A DNA stretch of 56,244 nucleotides, the filler included, from Sluysia triapertura (taxonomy: Eukaryota): assembly GCA_046118255.1 (NCBI GenBank). It is 4 parts of 4 records of this genome, joined end to end, with 100 filler letters (N's around TTAATTAATTAA, not from the genome) between each part and the next. Parts side by side here need not be neighbours in the genome. Positions count along the whole stretch, not along the records: positions 1 to 13,547 come from JBJNIA010033489.1; positions 13,648 to 28,657 come from JBJNIA010241881.1; 2 more parts are not named here. One strand, written 5' to 3'. A model generated the notes under the pieces. The model was not told the origin of the DNA. It saw nothing but the letters and a program-made list of their open reading frames with translations, and made no database searches. A program made the position numbers and the translations under genes. Shown in pieces: positions 12,566 to 26,826 of the stretch; positions within the stretch are counted from its first letter, which is position 1, and every line of letters starts with the position of its first letter.

Positions 12566-13364
12566 AAGAAAACAAAATTAGAATAACAAGTATAAAAGAT
12601 GGACTTTACTACACTTAAATAACTCGAGGATTTCGAAGAAGAGTACGATAGATGATGCAGTAAAATAAATATGGCTAAATTATAATGAGAAATTGGCAAT
12701 ACCGCGGTAAAAATAGATGGAATAAGATTAAAACGACTACTTTATTAAAGACTACAATTGGATATCGATTCTGAAGCAGAATCTGATTTTTGGTGCTGAA
12801 CTAATTTAGTTGAAAATCGCGCAGAATAAAATAATTCAAGAAGTTAATACTTTAGTTTTATTACTATTTAGCTTTTGTTAATACTGGGAAAGATTATTTT
12901 GAAATTTTTATCGTATTTCTATCTGTAACAACAGAGAGGAATTAGAATCGAGACTGTCATCTGTGTACATCCCTCAATAAAGTCGCCTTTTGGAAAGATA
13001 AATCAGAATGGACAGTAAAGTTTATAATTGCAACGAGCCATTAATAATCAACAATCATAGACTTAGTTGTCTAAAGTTAATATTACAATAATAATAATCT
13101 TATTTCTAGAATACATGCCAGATATTCGACTAGTACAAACTGTGATAGTGAGTTTATTTGATAGTTGTGTTAATGTTAGTGTTACGTTTGCAAAACATCT
13201 ATCTTTATTAGCTACTCTGTTTCTTTATGTGATACTCTAAATGGAGGTTAGTTCTACTTGTAACACTTGGAACTCGATTGAAATAAAAATTACTAAAACA
13301 CTATTTTTATGAAGAGGTTTTATTTTAAGATGTCTTATTATCACTGTGACTTATTCGGTGTAGA

Positions 13365-13517
13365 GTATTATTATGTCTCAATGAAGTATATTCATCTTCA
13401 TTTCCAATTTTCGTATTATTTCCAAAAGATATTCAGGACTTCCTTAATATAAGCATTTGTAAATTATTGCCATGATTTTAAATTCTATTCTTGCTTTTAT
13501 TGGCAACCAATGTAATT
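13365..13517 (-). mobile_element. LINE fragment (same family as 6150-6455)
   Basis: Reverse complement matches GAATTACATTGGTTGCCAA...AATAATTTACAAATG...TTCATTGAGACA of the 6.2-kb copy. Confidence 0.7.
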
Positions 13518-13547
13518 CTTTGAGATAGGGTGTTATATGAGATCTTC

Positions 13548-13647
13548 NNNNNNNNNNNNNNNNNNNNNNNNNNNNNNNNNNNNNNNNNNNNTTAATTAAT
13601 TAANNNNNNNNNNNNNNNNNNNNNNNNNNNNNNNNNNNNNNNNNNNN
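13548..13647. other. Artificial contig linker N44-TTAATTAATTAA-N44
   Basis: Exact 100-nt spacer with stops in all six frames; identical at three places. Confidence 0.98.
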
Positions 13648-13791
13648 ACAAGCTAGGTGATAGGTTGTATACTGTTTATGTCTCAAAAATATACAACCAG
13701 TTACCAGATAATGTCAAATTGCTGAAAGATTATGAAATATTTAAGAAAAAGACAAAGTTCTTTCTGTTTCAAAAATATTATGAGCGCAATA

Positions 13792-13850
<59 letters not shown>
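13648..13850 (+). mobile_element. LINE 3' end followed by (ATT)n tail
   Basis: YNQLPDNVKLLKDYEIFKKKTKFFL, near-identical to 6315-6447, followed by about 19 ATT units. Confidence 0.7.
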
Positions 13851-13852
<2 letters not shown>

Positions 13853-14349
13853 ACTGTGATTAAATTGAAGGTTAGCAATTTTAATAAATTATTTAACAAT
13901 AATAAAATATTTAAGTTAAAACATTTGATTCATAACAAAATTTATGTTTCAATTTATTATAAAAAATCTTATAAACTTATTAATCAAATATTATAGTTAT
14001 CTCGTGTGGTCTTTTTACATTATATTCTCATTGGTATTTAATTTAGCTCTTATAAAATAATGAAATTATTATCCATAAGATATTCCACATTTTGAAAAAT
14101 TATGTGACATTTGCAAATACTGAATAAAACTTATCTATCAAAGTTTAAAGTTAAAAATAATTGTTTTTAAAATTTTTTAGCTATTTATTACAAAAAAGAA
14201 AGTAACATTAATAACAATGTAAATAATTATCATTACTATTTAATTAATTTTTAAATAAATAATAAATTTGTTATTACAATATTTTAATCAAAAGCAACAT
14301 TATTAATTATTTAAGTGTAATTATTTTTTCAAAATTTTGGTTTCTTTAG

Positions 14350-14553
14350 AACAAAACAAGGAAATATCATTTATGCGAGAAAAACAAGAACAAGAATTAC
14401 GTAGAGTGATTGAAGAAAGAAAAATATTGCAGGAAAAGTGTGATAAATTAGAAAAACAATTAACCGAACAAATGGAAACTGTTGAAGCAGCGCAGCGATT
14501 AACTGAACACGTGGATCGAAAAGAAGATCAATTAGCTCGGTTGCAAGTTGAAT
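14350..14553 (+). CDS. TRIP11: TRIP11/GMAP-210 golgin, coiled-coil exon (first of 4 visible)
   Basis: tttag|...T|gttag, phase 1-1, 204 bp; ...LEKQLTEQMETVEAAQRLTEHVDRKEDQLARLQVE; joins in frame to the next exon. Confidence 0.85.
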
Positions 14554-15253
14554 GTTAGCTACTTTTAATTAATATCAATAGAAATAAATTTATTATTAGA
14601 TTTTTTCACAGTTTCGAATATAAATCTTGTTTATTGATCCGAATATAGTATTAACATTTGGCTGCATTAACTAACTAATCATGTTAATGATTTAATGTTC
14701 CTTCAGTATTTAGCTTTTGAATTTTTTAGTATTAAATTATATTAATATTAATTGATCATAATCTGAGTCTTTATTTGGTTCATATTGCAAAATTTTTATC
14801 GATTCTGAAAGAGGTTGACATGATTATTGAAAACTTCTAATATGAATGGTGGAGCTTGCTTGAATGATTTGCTTTCACTGAGTAAAGATTTTAAGTTCTA
14901 ATCTTCGAATATTCTATTTTATTGAATAATTTTCAGCAACTTATTAAACTTTTCTTTACTTTTCTAGTTTTTTAATTAATTTATTCCTTTATTACAATGA
15001 TTTTCTTCGATGATAAATTATGAAAAAAAGATGAAATGGATTCCTCATGCAGACTGTAAATTACAGTATAATTATTGTCTACTTTTTCAATATTCAAAAA
15101 ATTTTGAAATCTTGAATAAACAAAAAATAATGGAATAGAACAAAATTTAGGACCATATATTAATAACTATTTTGTTTCGCCAAATAATTTCTATATATTC
15201 TGGGCTTCTCTTTCTATACAACATTCATTATTTATTGCTGTTTAAATTTCATT

Positions 15254-15254
<1 letters not shown>

Positions 15255-15316
<62 letters not shown>

Positions 15317-15409
15317 TTATATTAAATAATTTTATATTTAATGAAAACAAAGTCTCAGGAAAACGTTTTAATATATAAAAATTTGTTAATGATGACACAT
15401 GATACGCAA

Positions 15410-15469
<60 letters not shown>

Positions 15470-15470
15470 T
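15255..15470. repeat. Perfect (AAT)n and (TTA)n microsatellites in inverted orientation
   Basis: About 20 AAT units (15255-15315) and about 19 TTA units (15412-15468). Confidence 0.95.
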
Positions 15471-16235
15471 TAATATTACTTTATTGCTTAAAGCTCTAAT
15501 TTATAATAAAACGTTTCACTTTTTACTTTGTGTGGAATTTATCAATCTGTACATTGTGAAGGTGAGTTCTAAACTAGTTTTTGATAATAAAAGATTCTGA
15601 TTGTCAATAACTGATGGCCAATAATTCTTTTGAATTCCATCCTATAATAATTTTTCCTGTAGTTAAGTACTTCCATCGAACAGTAACACTGATAAAGTAT
15701 AAAAAAAACTAAAAGTACAAATGGCCAGAATTAAAATGTAGCATGCAATTGACTATTATGTAGAAGAAATTGGTCATATAATCAAAAAAATACACAGATT
15801 TAGAACATAAGCATAAAAAGTGTTATAGAAAGAAATCAACTATTGTGAGGAATTTATTATAGTGGGGATGTCTTATAAGATAAGGATGCATTATCGTGAT
15901 AACATGGCCAAATTTTATCTCTATTTTCTAATATTAGCTTAATTCATAATTCATTAATACATTAATACATCGTTTATTGACTATGTGTTTAGTTTGTGTT
16001 TGTTAATATTCATTTCTAATTAAAAATAATAGATTGCTTTGTTCTTTCACTGCTACCATCCTATCAATATTCTTCTCGACTTGCTATTTAAGTTTGGCGA
16101 GTTTAAATCCTTGCATCATGTTTTTGTTTTCTTTCATTTTTGATTGCAGGATTTATTTAAAATTTTATTATAAACTTATTAACGTTTTTTTATAATCACA
16201 ATAAAATTAATTCTCACATTTTTATTAAATTATAG

Positions 16236-16317
16236 TGTCACAGAAAGAAGAAATTATTGATTCTCTGCGTTTTGAGGTTCGACAATTAAATACTGTTACA
16301 GAAAGCAAAGTTGATAA
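16236..16317 (+). CDS. TRIP11: TRIP11/GMAP-210 exon 2 of 4 visible
   Basis: tatag|...AA|gttagt, 82 bp, phase 1-2; LSQKEEIIDSLRFEVRQLNTVTESKVDK (cf. 'EGKVDK' preceding the GRAB domain). Confidence 0.85.
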
Positions 16318-18183
16318 GTTAGTATATTTAATTGTAATTAAATAAAAATATCTTTCATAAAAAAATTAATTCATATACAACTGAAACTACGTAATAATTT
16401 CGAATAACATCACACAAAATCATTTTATTTAAATTATTACACTGTTTGCTGGATTTAAAATATTTTAGAATACTAAATAAATAAATTTACTTGGTAATTA
16501 AATCAAAAACATTTTCTGATTCTTACAAACTCTTGAAACTCATTAAGAGTTAATTGACCTTCAAATTTTTGTTTTAAATAATTCTCCATACCTAACTGAT
16601 TTAATTGAATTAAAATAATTATTAATTAGTAATATTCAAAGTTGTTTATTAAATATATTAATGAGAAAAGTTATCTTTAAACTCTTGAAAAATATCAATA
16701 TTATATACCTGTTAAATAAGGAATTAATCCTTCACAATTATAGTTCCTCTTTGATTGAACAATGTTCTTTAATTGCATTGGAAATATTTTCTACATAAAT
16801 CCACACAAATGAAGGATTTATGATTTTCACTAACATCAAGTTTTACTTTGATAAACATTCAAAGTACAATTTGATGCGTTAATTCTAATGGAATCCTTTT
16901 TTTCTGGATCACAAGAGACCATTCCCAAAGAGATATTGCTGCAGTTATAAAACTTTGTAGATTTTATAACAATGTTTCTTATCTTGAATAAGTGCAGTAT
17001 TTATTCCCAGCACCTCATTAAACTGGTGATGATAATAATGGTCGCGCAGGTATGTGATTCTAAGATCTTTGGATTTTACATAAATGAATAATCATCGCAC
17101 AAACTTTAATCAGTGTTACAAGCTTTCCCAAACTTTTACACCTTTATTTCTAACAAATCCATATCTTTAAATATTTTTTTTTAATATTAAAACTGAAAGA
17201 AATGAAAAATGAAATTAAAATAAAATGTGTCAATTATTATTATCATTGGTATCATTCTTGTTATTATTTTATTTTTTTAATTTCGATTTTAATGTCGACG
17301 ACCTTAAGTTCAATCTTTTTCCATTACTCATTTTAAAACATTTTTAAATATTTAAAATTTTGGTATTAAAAGTTTAGAAATTCAAAAATGATTGAAGTTA
17401 AAACGGTTGCATATTACGATCTATAAAGATTATTTTTACAAATTTCTGAAGTGAAAAATTCTGGTTCTGGTATTAAATATGATGTGTAATCTCAAGGATT
17501 GTTCAAATGAAGGTTTTTGTTTATGTTTATGAATTAACGAAGTGTAATAAAAATAGTTCTTTATGTATCAATGATTATCGATAGTTTAATTAAGCTTTAA
17601 TAAAATTTTTATAATTTTAAAGAGGATTTTAGAAGTATTTTTTTAATTACTCGAAACTGACAATATCTATAATCAAATAAGCTAATTGTAATAATAATAT
17701 TATTATTATTATTAATATTAATAATAATAGTAATAATAATCGTATGTTTTGAAAAGTGGATCCTTGATAACAACTTCAAAGATTGTTCTTTCAGTGAAAA
17801 TAGTTCCTTCAATTCGAAAAATTTCGAAGATTTATAGTGCAAATTACTTAATTTAGTTTAACGATTTTGGATTGTTTTAAAACTTGAATTTAGATTAATC
17901 GTTTGAATTCTTTGCTATTTAACTCTTCTGTAACCATTGTATTGATAAATTGTGAAAATTCTTTGTTGAATAATTTGACGAAATTCTTTTTGTTAAATTA
18001 ATAATTTTGATAAATTGTTAGACTAAATTTAATTCATATGTTAATCTACGTTTCTTTTTTCAATGCTATGTATATAAAATTAAAGACGTAGTGTGATACA
18101 ATAAAGTGATATTAAATAAGCTTGAAAGCCTTGATTTTTTCAATAATAACATTATAATTATTAAAATCATCATCATTGTTATA

Positions 18184-18221
<38 letters not shown>

Positions 18222-18595
18222 TAATTATTGTATTATTACTTATTGCAATTGTCAGTATTATCATCATTACCATTACTAAATTACTATCATTATCATTTCA
18301 CAACCTCAAAAATATATAAATTCATATACTTAATTTTGGATAAACTCTTTTCCGGTTGGCCTCTGAGATTAATCATTTTGAAATCGTTACAGAAATTCAA
18401 AACCACTTACAGTGAAATCATAATTTAGCGACTGTTTTTTTAAAGAATTTCATTCTGGTCAAAGCCTCAAAGCTCTAGAACGAAGCTCTGGTATGTCAAC
18501 GAGCGATTATTGTAAATGTTGTCTTAGTGTATAATCGTAATTATGATATCGTTAATTGAGATAACCATTTAAAACAATAAATCTGTTGATGTTAA

Positions 18596-18776
18596 CCCAT
18601 TCAGTACCAATATTCCCATGTGGGACACTGTTGTTTTTTTCAAAATACAGATAAAATTGTACGTCAAAAGAAAACTATGTAATACAAATTTACTCCTTTT
18701 GGAACAAATAAATTTTCAATAAAACTTAATAATAAGTTTTGCAATTATTTTTTTGCACATATTGATGCTTAAAGAG
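18596..18776. mobile_element. piggyBac-type MITE (degenerate TIRs, TTAA flanks)
   Basis: TTAA|CCCATTCAGTACC ... GATGCTTAAAGAG|TTAA. Confidence 0.5.
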
Positions 18777-20077
18777 TTAATTATATCTTGATTATCCCAG
18801 CAGCTTTTTAAGTTTTACAAAGCCGTGCAAGTTCATTTTATCAAGTATTAATAAAAAATTGAAAGTTAAACTTGAACACGCCGAAATAGTAATGCGAGAG
18901 TAAACAAAATAAAATTTCGACTACGTCAAACCAACATTTACATACCTTGCAGGAAATCAAATATAAACTGAAACTATAATGCTAGAAACTTAATTTGTCA
19001 TTTCTAAAAAATGTTGCCGTTATTTAACAGAAAAGTTTGTAATTGATGATGCAATAAAATCTTTTACAATAAATACAATGTTGAAATTATATATGTTTAA
19101 TATTTCAAACACTATTATTTCTGAAATATTCAAAAAATAAATTTTTTTTATTATATTTCAGTTTTTAATGTAATTTAACAGCAACATAAATATAATAAAC
19201 TCAAGTAGGCAAATAATATAAAATATAACTTGTAACATTATAGTATATATATTTAGTATTTAAACTTAGTTTTATTTTTTGGAATTTATGAAGATAATGT
19301 CAGATCCGGATTCTATCTATACTTTTTAGATATAAATATGCAAATAAACTTTTTATAAATATACATAAAGTTTTTATAAAAGTACGAGAATTACAATATA
19401 GCATTTCTTTTCTAAAAATCTTCATATTTATCTTGTCATTGTTTATCTTAGTTTCAATTTTAAAAACGTCTTATATCCATAAGCAACACTAATTCTATTG
19501 TTAAGTATATTCGAATAATGATAAACATTTAAATGCGGTAATCGTATCATTTTCAGATAAAAATGAAACATTTCCTCGAAGTCCGCCTACTTCACAATAT
19601 CAAGAGATGCGTCATTTTAAATATCAAATTCTAAATATGTTACATGTTACTTTTAATAATTTATTCATATTTCGAAACATTTCCCAAAAACCCAAATAAA
19701 TCAATATATTTTATTTGTTCAAATCGAGTTTAATTTGTGTAATAAGCAATAAAAATCTTGACATAGTTGTGCAATTAGATGGAAAATCTATTAACCAGAT
19801 TTATTTAGGAATCATTTTTGATTGTTGAACTCACTGACTTTTCATTTTCAATTTAATGAACCTTACCAATACAATGTATGAACCATCTAATGTCTTCTGA
19901 AAAAATTTACACTTTATTGCACTTGTACTTCAAGAAAACATTGTTTTTTAATATGATTTAATCTATTTTACCACCTACAGAGAAAGTCACATTTTCTTTA
20001 TATCATGAAGTATTATAAAATAACAAAAATGCAAAAAAAAGTAATTGTAATTATTGTAATAAACTTAAATAAATTAA

Positions 20078-20139
20078 CACATTATGAGCTTGGCGGGTAT
20101 TAGTACCCGTTTTATGTACTGTCACTTAAGAATAATGTG
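20078..20139. mobile_element. Minimal 62-bp piggyBac-like MITE
   Basis: TTAA|CACATTAT ... ATAATGTG|TTAA with an internal CGGGTA-TTAG-TACCCG palindrome. Confidence 0.5.
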
Positions 20140-20674
20140 TTAATATAGAAAAAATTATTCGATTTTTCGGTATGAAAGTAGGAAATACTTGAATTCATTA
20201 TGCAAATGTGTCCTTAGAATTAAAATTAAAAACGAACTTTTTTAAATTACAATTTTATTTAAATCAAAACCAATGCGATATAGCGTAGTCCACTAAATAT
20301 TTTACAAAGAATTTTCACTGAAATTTCGATATGTTGAAAGTTTATTAATTACTTTAATTTGTTAATCTAATGTAATGTGCTTTTTTTCTTATTTTGGATG
20401 ACAATCATGGTGTGCATTATAGAAAATGAGAAATGTATAAAAGAATAAATTGTTACAAAATGTTTATTTTTATTCAAAGAAAATTTTTTTTTCACTACAG
20501 AGACCATTATTTTCCTCTTCTCAATTTCAATTATGCGCGCGTATTATAATTGGGTTGCTTATATTTTCTTACATTTAGTTAATTTTTAGTGGTGCTTAAT
20601 GTATTTGTATAATAAAGGTATTTGGATTTAATTTTTTAATAACACTGCTTTAATTTGTAATCATTTATATTTAG

Positions 20675-20789
20675 ATTACTTATGCGTAATTTGGTGGTTG
20701 GATATTTCCATACTCCGGAACGCAAGAAACAAGAGGCACTGCGAGTTATTGGAAGTTTGTTACAATTCTCAGATGATGATTATCAACAA
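20675..20789 (+). CDS. TRIP11: TRIP11/GMAP-210 GRAB-domain exon (3 of 4 visible)
   Basis: tttag|...|gtata, phase 2-0; LLMRNLVVGYFHTPERKKQEALRVIGSLLQFSDDDYQQ matches the GRAB consensus (LMRNLFIGHFHTP...EVLRLMGSIL). Confidence 0.9.
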
Positions 20790-21830
20790 GTATAAAAATA
20801 TTGATTTTTTTATTGTATCTAAAGATTACGAAGTTAAAATTAAATACTTGAAATGTTTAATTGAAGCAACTTAAAAATTATGACAAGTTATTTATTCGAT
20901 TTACCTATTTGAAAAATTAGTCCTTCCGTATGGGTTCACCTATAGTATGCCTTTTTATATTTTTGCGAAAGATGTATCTATAGGATTTCGATATCTGCAT
21001 ACCACGTACTTACAACATGATTCTCTTCTGAGTGTTAAACGAAATTAGAATTGATTGTTTTATCTTTTAGTGTTACTAGATAAGGATGATAGTTTTACAA
21101 AATGAGGCTATAGTTTATTTTTTACAAAAACAAAAAAACTTTTATTCAATATAATAAATAACAATTATAAGTTTTTAATAAAAATTTATCTCATTAGAAT
21201 TGCATCTAATGTGTTTGATGATATTTTAGTGATGATTTTGCAACTGGCTTAAGGCAGATGAAAAATGATATAAAGTTTGAGGTGATTTTATATTTTAAAG
21301 TATTTATCATAATAAACTTACGAATTCAGTTTAGCTCTAATAATAAAAATTGAAAGATAGTAGGGATCTTTGTTAAATGCGAATAATTGCTTTGTCATGT
21401 AGCCTGATTACACCACCCCAGGTACCGAGATCAGATTACATGTTTAATCGAATTGCTTCTTTTTCCCAATAATCGAATTACGCTTTTATCGATCGAATGC
21501 AATTGAATCTTTCTTTTCCCGTTACTATTATATTTTTTTGTGAGTCACCACGGTTCGTAAAGTTTTATATTTATATTAACTTATTTAGCATCTGGTGATA
21601 TTACATAAATCCATTATTTTTACATTTACATCATTAAATTTTACATTATGTTTTCAATTATAATTGCATTAGAATTTGCAAATGCTGTTTTTCTAACAAA
21701 ATTAAAATGAATAATTCTAAATAAATTCAATCCATCAATTCTGACACGTAACTTAAATAATATTTTTATTGATCTGAAATTATTGATAAGGTAACTGAGC
21801 AATAGTTTTATTTTCTATTTAAATTTAGTA

Positions 21831-23790
21831 CATCTGTCCCTCGATTTACATAGTAGATTGGTTCCTGAGAAAAACGTTTAAATCGAAATTGCAAATTTTT
21901 GAATGTAAAACCGTATATATGGAAAAGTATGCAAAAAATGCGTAATTTTGTTTATTTTTCAAATTTTCAATTTTTTTAAAGTTACATATATTAAAGAAAA
22001 ATATTGAATGGCAAAAAATATATGTATTGTTTTACTAATTGTGTACAAAGTACAAAGGAACAAAAAATAAAATTTAAAAGATTCATTAAAAAATTATTGC
22101 AAGGTATCATTCATCACTATCATTAATTACGGTTAATCTCTTCTTCGTAACTGGTTTGAGGTCTCTTTCATCATTATTTGTGCCGATTCGGTGTTTGTAG
22201 TAGAGATATTTGCACCCTGATTGGTAATGAAATCCGTTATTCACATTTGCTTCTGATTTCTTGGTAGATCTTTATAGACCTAATTACATTGAAATCGAAG
22301 AGCTCGTTCAATATTTCAGTCATTTTGATCAAAATGATTACCAAATTTTCTTCCCAAGTTTATTGAAATTCTTCTTAAGGATCATTGCCATGATCACTAG
22401 TTTCACCAATCATGTTAATTAAATCATCTCCAATTAGTTCTTTATCAGCTACTAGTTCTGTAAAATCGTCGAAACCTTCTCCACCAAGTGTACTATCTGA
22501 GAATATTCATCTTTTAATGGGGAAATAAAGTCTTCACAATTTCTTTCAACAACCATTGAGCGTTGATTGCTTAATCGCGGTGTATGATAATACATTGTAA
22601 GATTGTAAAAATTTTTCCAAGCATTAAATAAAAGATTGATTATTTTCCAATTCTTCGAAAATGTGCAAGAAGGTTCGTTTTTCGTATGGAACATTAAAAT
22701 TAAAATTATCCTCTGATCTAATGGCTATAATAATGACTTAGACATTCTCATGCTGCAGATCTTGCGGATAATCCGGTGTATTGTCAATTAACAAAAGCAC
22801 TTTAAAAGGCACTCCCTTTTCATTAAATATTTTTGGCATTCATGAAACCATTTATTAAACATTGTGGCAGTAACCCATGATTTCTTATTGGCCCTCCAAT
22901 AGACAAGAAGATGGTTGATATTTATTCCTTTTTGATTTCATAATGTGATCTTCTGAAATGCTACAGAAAAAAACTGTTTGCTGCTTTATGACCGTTAATA
23001 GGTCCTCTCTGACATTTTTTTTCCAAAACAACCTTGTCTCATAACTATTGAAAACTTGATCAGTAGTATATGAATTGTTGGCAACAATTTCAGCAAATTT
23101 TGTTAGATATTCTTGCGCTGCATCTAGATCGCCAGATGCCAGTTCACTTTTTAATTTTAAATTATGTCTTAATTTGAATCTTTCGAACCAAGCATGAATT
23201 GCTATAAAAGTCTACTTCTCAGATAAAGAAGAGGATAGTAAATATTCTCTAATTTTTTCATAAATCCGCAAAGCTTTATTTGTAATAGCGTTGGTATCAC
23301 TTGGCATCCATTTTTGAGTTTGGTCCTCTATCCATTGCAATACCTCTGGCACATGAAGAAGTGCTCGTACTTATATTAGTGCCAGCTGCTGCACTCCTAA
23401 TTGAGTTTTGATTTTTTCTTATGGTTCTTAGTGTAGCTTCATTCATGTTATTACTCTTTCCATTTCGTAAAAGATCCAAAATTTTTGTTTGGGTTACTAA
23501 ATATATAACTTTTTTACTTCCTTATTTTTAATTTTTTCGAATTAAAATATTAGTCAAGATATAAAATATGTTTGTTACTTATGAATATGAAAAAATAAAT
23601 TAACCTTCAGATGTGAATACATTCACGCACATTTTAGCGTTTTATAGTAGTTTTATAGAAAATGCAACCACACTTTTTACATACGAATGATTACCAGTTT
23701 ATGGCGGCCTTATAACAAGAAGATGTCTGTGTTCACATTCAAATTTCACGTAACGCATGTTCGATGTATAAACCATTTGACAGATTGAAA
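21831..23790 (-). mobile_element. Decayed pogo/Tigger (CENP-B/TIGD1-like) transposon in a TRIP11 intron
   Basis: Frameshifted minus-strand remnants MNEATLRTIRKN, WFERFKLRHN, QVFNSYETRLFWKKM, VYWRANKKSWVTA, FKVLLLIDN, PLDQ; one end TA|CATCTGTCCCTCGATTTAC. Right boundary approximate. Confidence 0.85.
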
Positions 23791-24047
23791 TAAAACTGCC
23801 ACCTAATGCCATAAATATCAAGTATATCTTATAATTAAGGTGGATTGTTTATTTTTTTATTGCAATTATATAAATAAAACATCTCAAGAAAATATTTTCT
23901 TAAAGTTCAATATTTATTGTGTTCAAAATGTTATACAGAAATCTTTTAATTTAATGGTTTAAAAATAAACTAAAATAATGACATTTTAATTGAAAACAGA
24001 ATAAAACTATTTCCAATGTTTGATTTTAATTATACAATTAATTACAG

Positions 24048-24164
24048 ATCGGTGTAGATATTGCCAATAAGTCACGATGGTTTAATTGGTTGAGAAGTTC
24101 ATCTTCTGGAATTTCACAAAATATAATTGAAGAAAATACACCAGGAGTTGAATCTGAGAAAAAG
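24048..24164 (+). CDS. TRIP11: TRIP11/GMAP-210 exon 4 of 4 visible
   Basis: ttacag|...AAG|gtttt, 117 bp, phase 0-0; IGVDIANKSRWFNWLRSSSSG... matches the post-GRAB W..WL segment. The final (GA1) exon was not found. Confidence 0.8.
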
Positions 24165-26826
24165 GTTTTTTATTGAATAAATTTATAAATTTGTAAACTT
24201 CAGAATAATAATACAAACATATGTATACTTACAAAGCGCTAAAAACATCTAATTCATTATCTTATTAAATATTTGTGCTATTTTTAAAATTTTGTATCAT
24301 GATGAAAATAATAGTACATCAATTACCGAGTTTATTATGTAAAAATAATGTACAATCTTCATTGCTTAATATTATTGTCTGGTGTTTTAGTCAATCTTGA
24401 GGCTATAAATTTTATTTAGAAAGATTGATTTGCTTTTTTCATATAAATTCAAATCATGTTTTTTTACTTCGAACGAATGTTGTCTTAACGAAAATGGTTA
24501 ACTTAAATTCAAATAACAAACACAAAATCGAGCTTTGTTCTACATAATGATATTTTAATTTTTTATAAGTGCAAAATATTATCACTTAACAATGTTTATG
24601 AACTTTTAAATATATTTTTAAAATAACTGTTTTGTAAATAATGGTCTGCGTTATTCTGATATTTATGTGTTACAATTTTTCTATTTTTAATTTCGCTAAA
24701 CTCAAGGTGCACCAACGAATTGATAAACATTAAAAGACTCAATAAATCCAAACGACATTTTCTAAAATTATTACGAAAGAAAATTATATATAATGATTAA
24801 CAAAAAATATTCAAATGTACTTTATAATTATAAAACAAATTTAATAAACTCCAGATAAATTATTGTTTGATGTTTATAAAATATATTTATATTTCAATAC
24901 TAAAATATTTATGGCCTTTACATTTGTGAAGGTTTTATGAATTTCTGTATCATAAACATTAGTTCTGAATTCTTCTCTGATGATAGAAATGGAGTGCAAA
25001 TTTCAGTATTTTATATATTAAATACTTTTATGAATTTTATTTTAATAATTTACTGTACTTACTTTAAATCAAAAAAATCAAATATAATTAGTTCTCACTA
25101 AGATTACCAAATGATTAAAATTGTGAAAATATCAGTGAAAAGCTTTCATTTGACCGAATTTCTACTACAGGGAATAATTTTGTGAATTCCATCATGTAAT
25201 AATTTTTCTATTCTTAAGTTTTCCTTACAGTTATTTCTTTGTAGTTAAAATCACTACGGAGATTGGTAGTATACGTCATTCCCATAGTTTACTCATGAAA
25301 ACGTTGGTGTAATTTAAAATCACTTTTTAGAATGAAAACCTAAAAATTCGTCAATGCGTAAATGTACATCGCAAAATAATCTTTTTTCATTTCTTTATTA
25401 AATGTATTTAATATTATTTTATAACTTTCATCATGTTTGATATTGATTTAAGAAAGGCTCTTAATTACTGTATCAATTATGAATTTGATTAAGATATAAT
25501 TTAGTTTCGAATTTCGGCTGAGATTTATTTCAGTTTCAATACGGAGAGTTTATTTCAATTCCAATCTCAAATTTAGATCTCATGAAGTTTGAAGTTAATT
25601 TTATTTCGCAAATTTTTTTACTATTATCTGGAGGTCATGCACGGCATGCAGTTATAAATTTAATATTAATTATAATATACAGATTTGATTTTAAAATAAA
25701 TTTGTAATATGACAATGATTACAAAATTTAGAAAACTTACTAAAAATTTTATCAACATATAAAACTTTAATTGTAGAGTATGGTTTACATCATCATCATC
25801 ATCATCATCATCCATTACTATTTAATATATAATTTTGCTTATATTACTTTAACTTAAATTTTGTTTTTTTAAATTTATTATATAGTTTCATTAGGTGGAA
25901 CAAAATCCTAAAAATCGTATAGGTTCTGGCAATGAAAATTAATTCCGAACTCATCTGTGATAGTAGAGATGGAAGCGTAAGTTGAATAATTAAAATTAAT
26001 TTAAAGTCTCTATACTCGAAAAGAAACTAAGCTTTATTTGATAACATAAAAAATTATAACACAATACTATAGATTTATTTTAATATTTGTAATTTAAATT
26101 ATCACATAGTTATAGGACTAAGTAATTTGCTCGTGCAATCAGTTAAAGTTCAAATTTAACTATAAGTCAGCTAATGTTAAGACAAATCTAATCATCTTCA
26201 TACTAATTTTGGTCTGTAATAATGCATTGGCCACATTATAATTCATTCGTACATATATATACATTTGTGTTGACGCGTATTAGTTTGATTTCTTTATTTC
26301 ATTTCTATTTTAATAAATTTTGGGTTTTTTTTCGTTTTTCGGTTATACAGCATCATCTGTAACTTTAATTTGCTAGTTAAATGTTGTGAATTTAAAGGGA
26401 TGTTGCTTGCCTTCTATCCACTTTCTTTTGTTTCTTCATTTCAGAACAGTTTAATATACTTTCTTAAAGTTTCTGAGATGTTTCTAATGATATTTTTCTT
26501 TAATTTACTATAAAACTAATTCTCAGATTATTATTATAAGATTTTTATAATGTTTATGTAAAAAAAGACAAAACTAATAACTATTTACATTAGGGTTGTT
26601 TACATATTTGACACTTAAAATTCGTATAATTCTAAAACTGAAGGTTAAATGGAAGAGGTATAACTGCGTTTCCAATAGTTTAAATTCCAAATCTATAAAT
26701 AAATTTCATACGTTAATTTAATATCAATGTATATTTATCAAAGTTGTTAAAAACTCGTTTAAATTTATTTGAAACTTTGTCAGATAATGAGTTTAATTTA
26801 GTTATTTATTTTAAGTTAATGATAAA

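Noticed and set aside
13592-13603. TTAATTAATTAA palindrome as a biological motif
   Set aside because: Assembly linker inside N runs.
24975-24995. Hammerhead-like CTGATGA..GAAA
   Set aside because: No stem II and no convincing stems I/III.
25880-25985. Candidate final TRIP11 exon
   Set aside because: Lacks the expected SF.ELF..FL (GA1) motif and has stops in all three frames before the apparent donor.
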